From positions 84,942,001 to 85,006,000 of the forward strand of contig NC_058368.1 of assembly GCF_018350175.1 (NCBI RefSeq): 64,000 nucleotides of DNA. The letters are read 5' to 3'. Below the pieces are notes generated by a model that did no database searches, was not told the origin of the DNA, and saw only the letters and a program-made list of their open reading frames with translations. Shown here in pieces: positions 63,912 through 64,000 of this stretch. This stretch comes from Felis catus. Taxonomy: Eukaryota. The translations under genes and the position numbers were made by a program. Each line of letters begins with the position of its first letter. Positions within the stretch are counted from its first letter, which is position 1.

Positions 63912-64000
63912 AACTTTAGGGATTTTTATATGTAGTATCATGTCCTCTGCAAAGAGTAAAATTTTTACTTCATTTTTATGAGTTTGGATGGCTTTTATTC

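Larger units (their letters stand above)
61679..64000 (-). mobile_element. Old LINE-1 ORF2 fragment, interrupted by a younger L1 and a SINE, runs off window end
   Basis: gctattttggggtcttttgtggttc; tcaatttctttca...tacaggtctttcacc reads across the insert; catgtcctctgcaaa. Confidence 0.75.

Overview
Mammalian genomic DNA, almost certainly felid: young CpG-rich carnivore SINEs (GGGGCGCCTGGGTGGCGCAGTCGGTTAAGCGTCCGACTTCAGC head) and cat-type LINE-1 sequence dominate. The window is an AT-rich, LINE-1-saturated region typical of olfactory receptor clusters. It holds three full-length L1s with TSDs (16.1-22.9 kb +, 33.4-39.4 kb -, 52.8-59.0 kb +), many older or rearranged L1 pieces, about 19 SINEs, an LTR-less ERVL pol fragment, L2 and MER5-like relics, and a COX6C processed pseudogene inserted in an old L1 ORF1. 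The only host gene is an intact class II, family-2-like olfactory receptor (minus strand, 27.0-28.0 kb) in a mostly unique island at about 24-32 kb. It has TTG where the start ATG is expected. A 22-nt upstream coding mini-exon (30796-30775; ATG...AAG|GTAAGC) splices exactly in frame to the first AG after the polypyrimidine tract, which suggests a split (two-coding-exon) OR of 324 aa. Repeat subfamily names come from recognition by eye, and the boundaries of old repeats are approximate.
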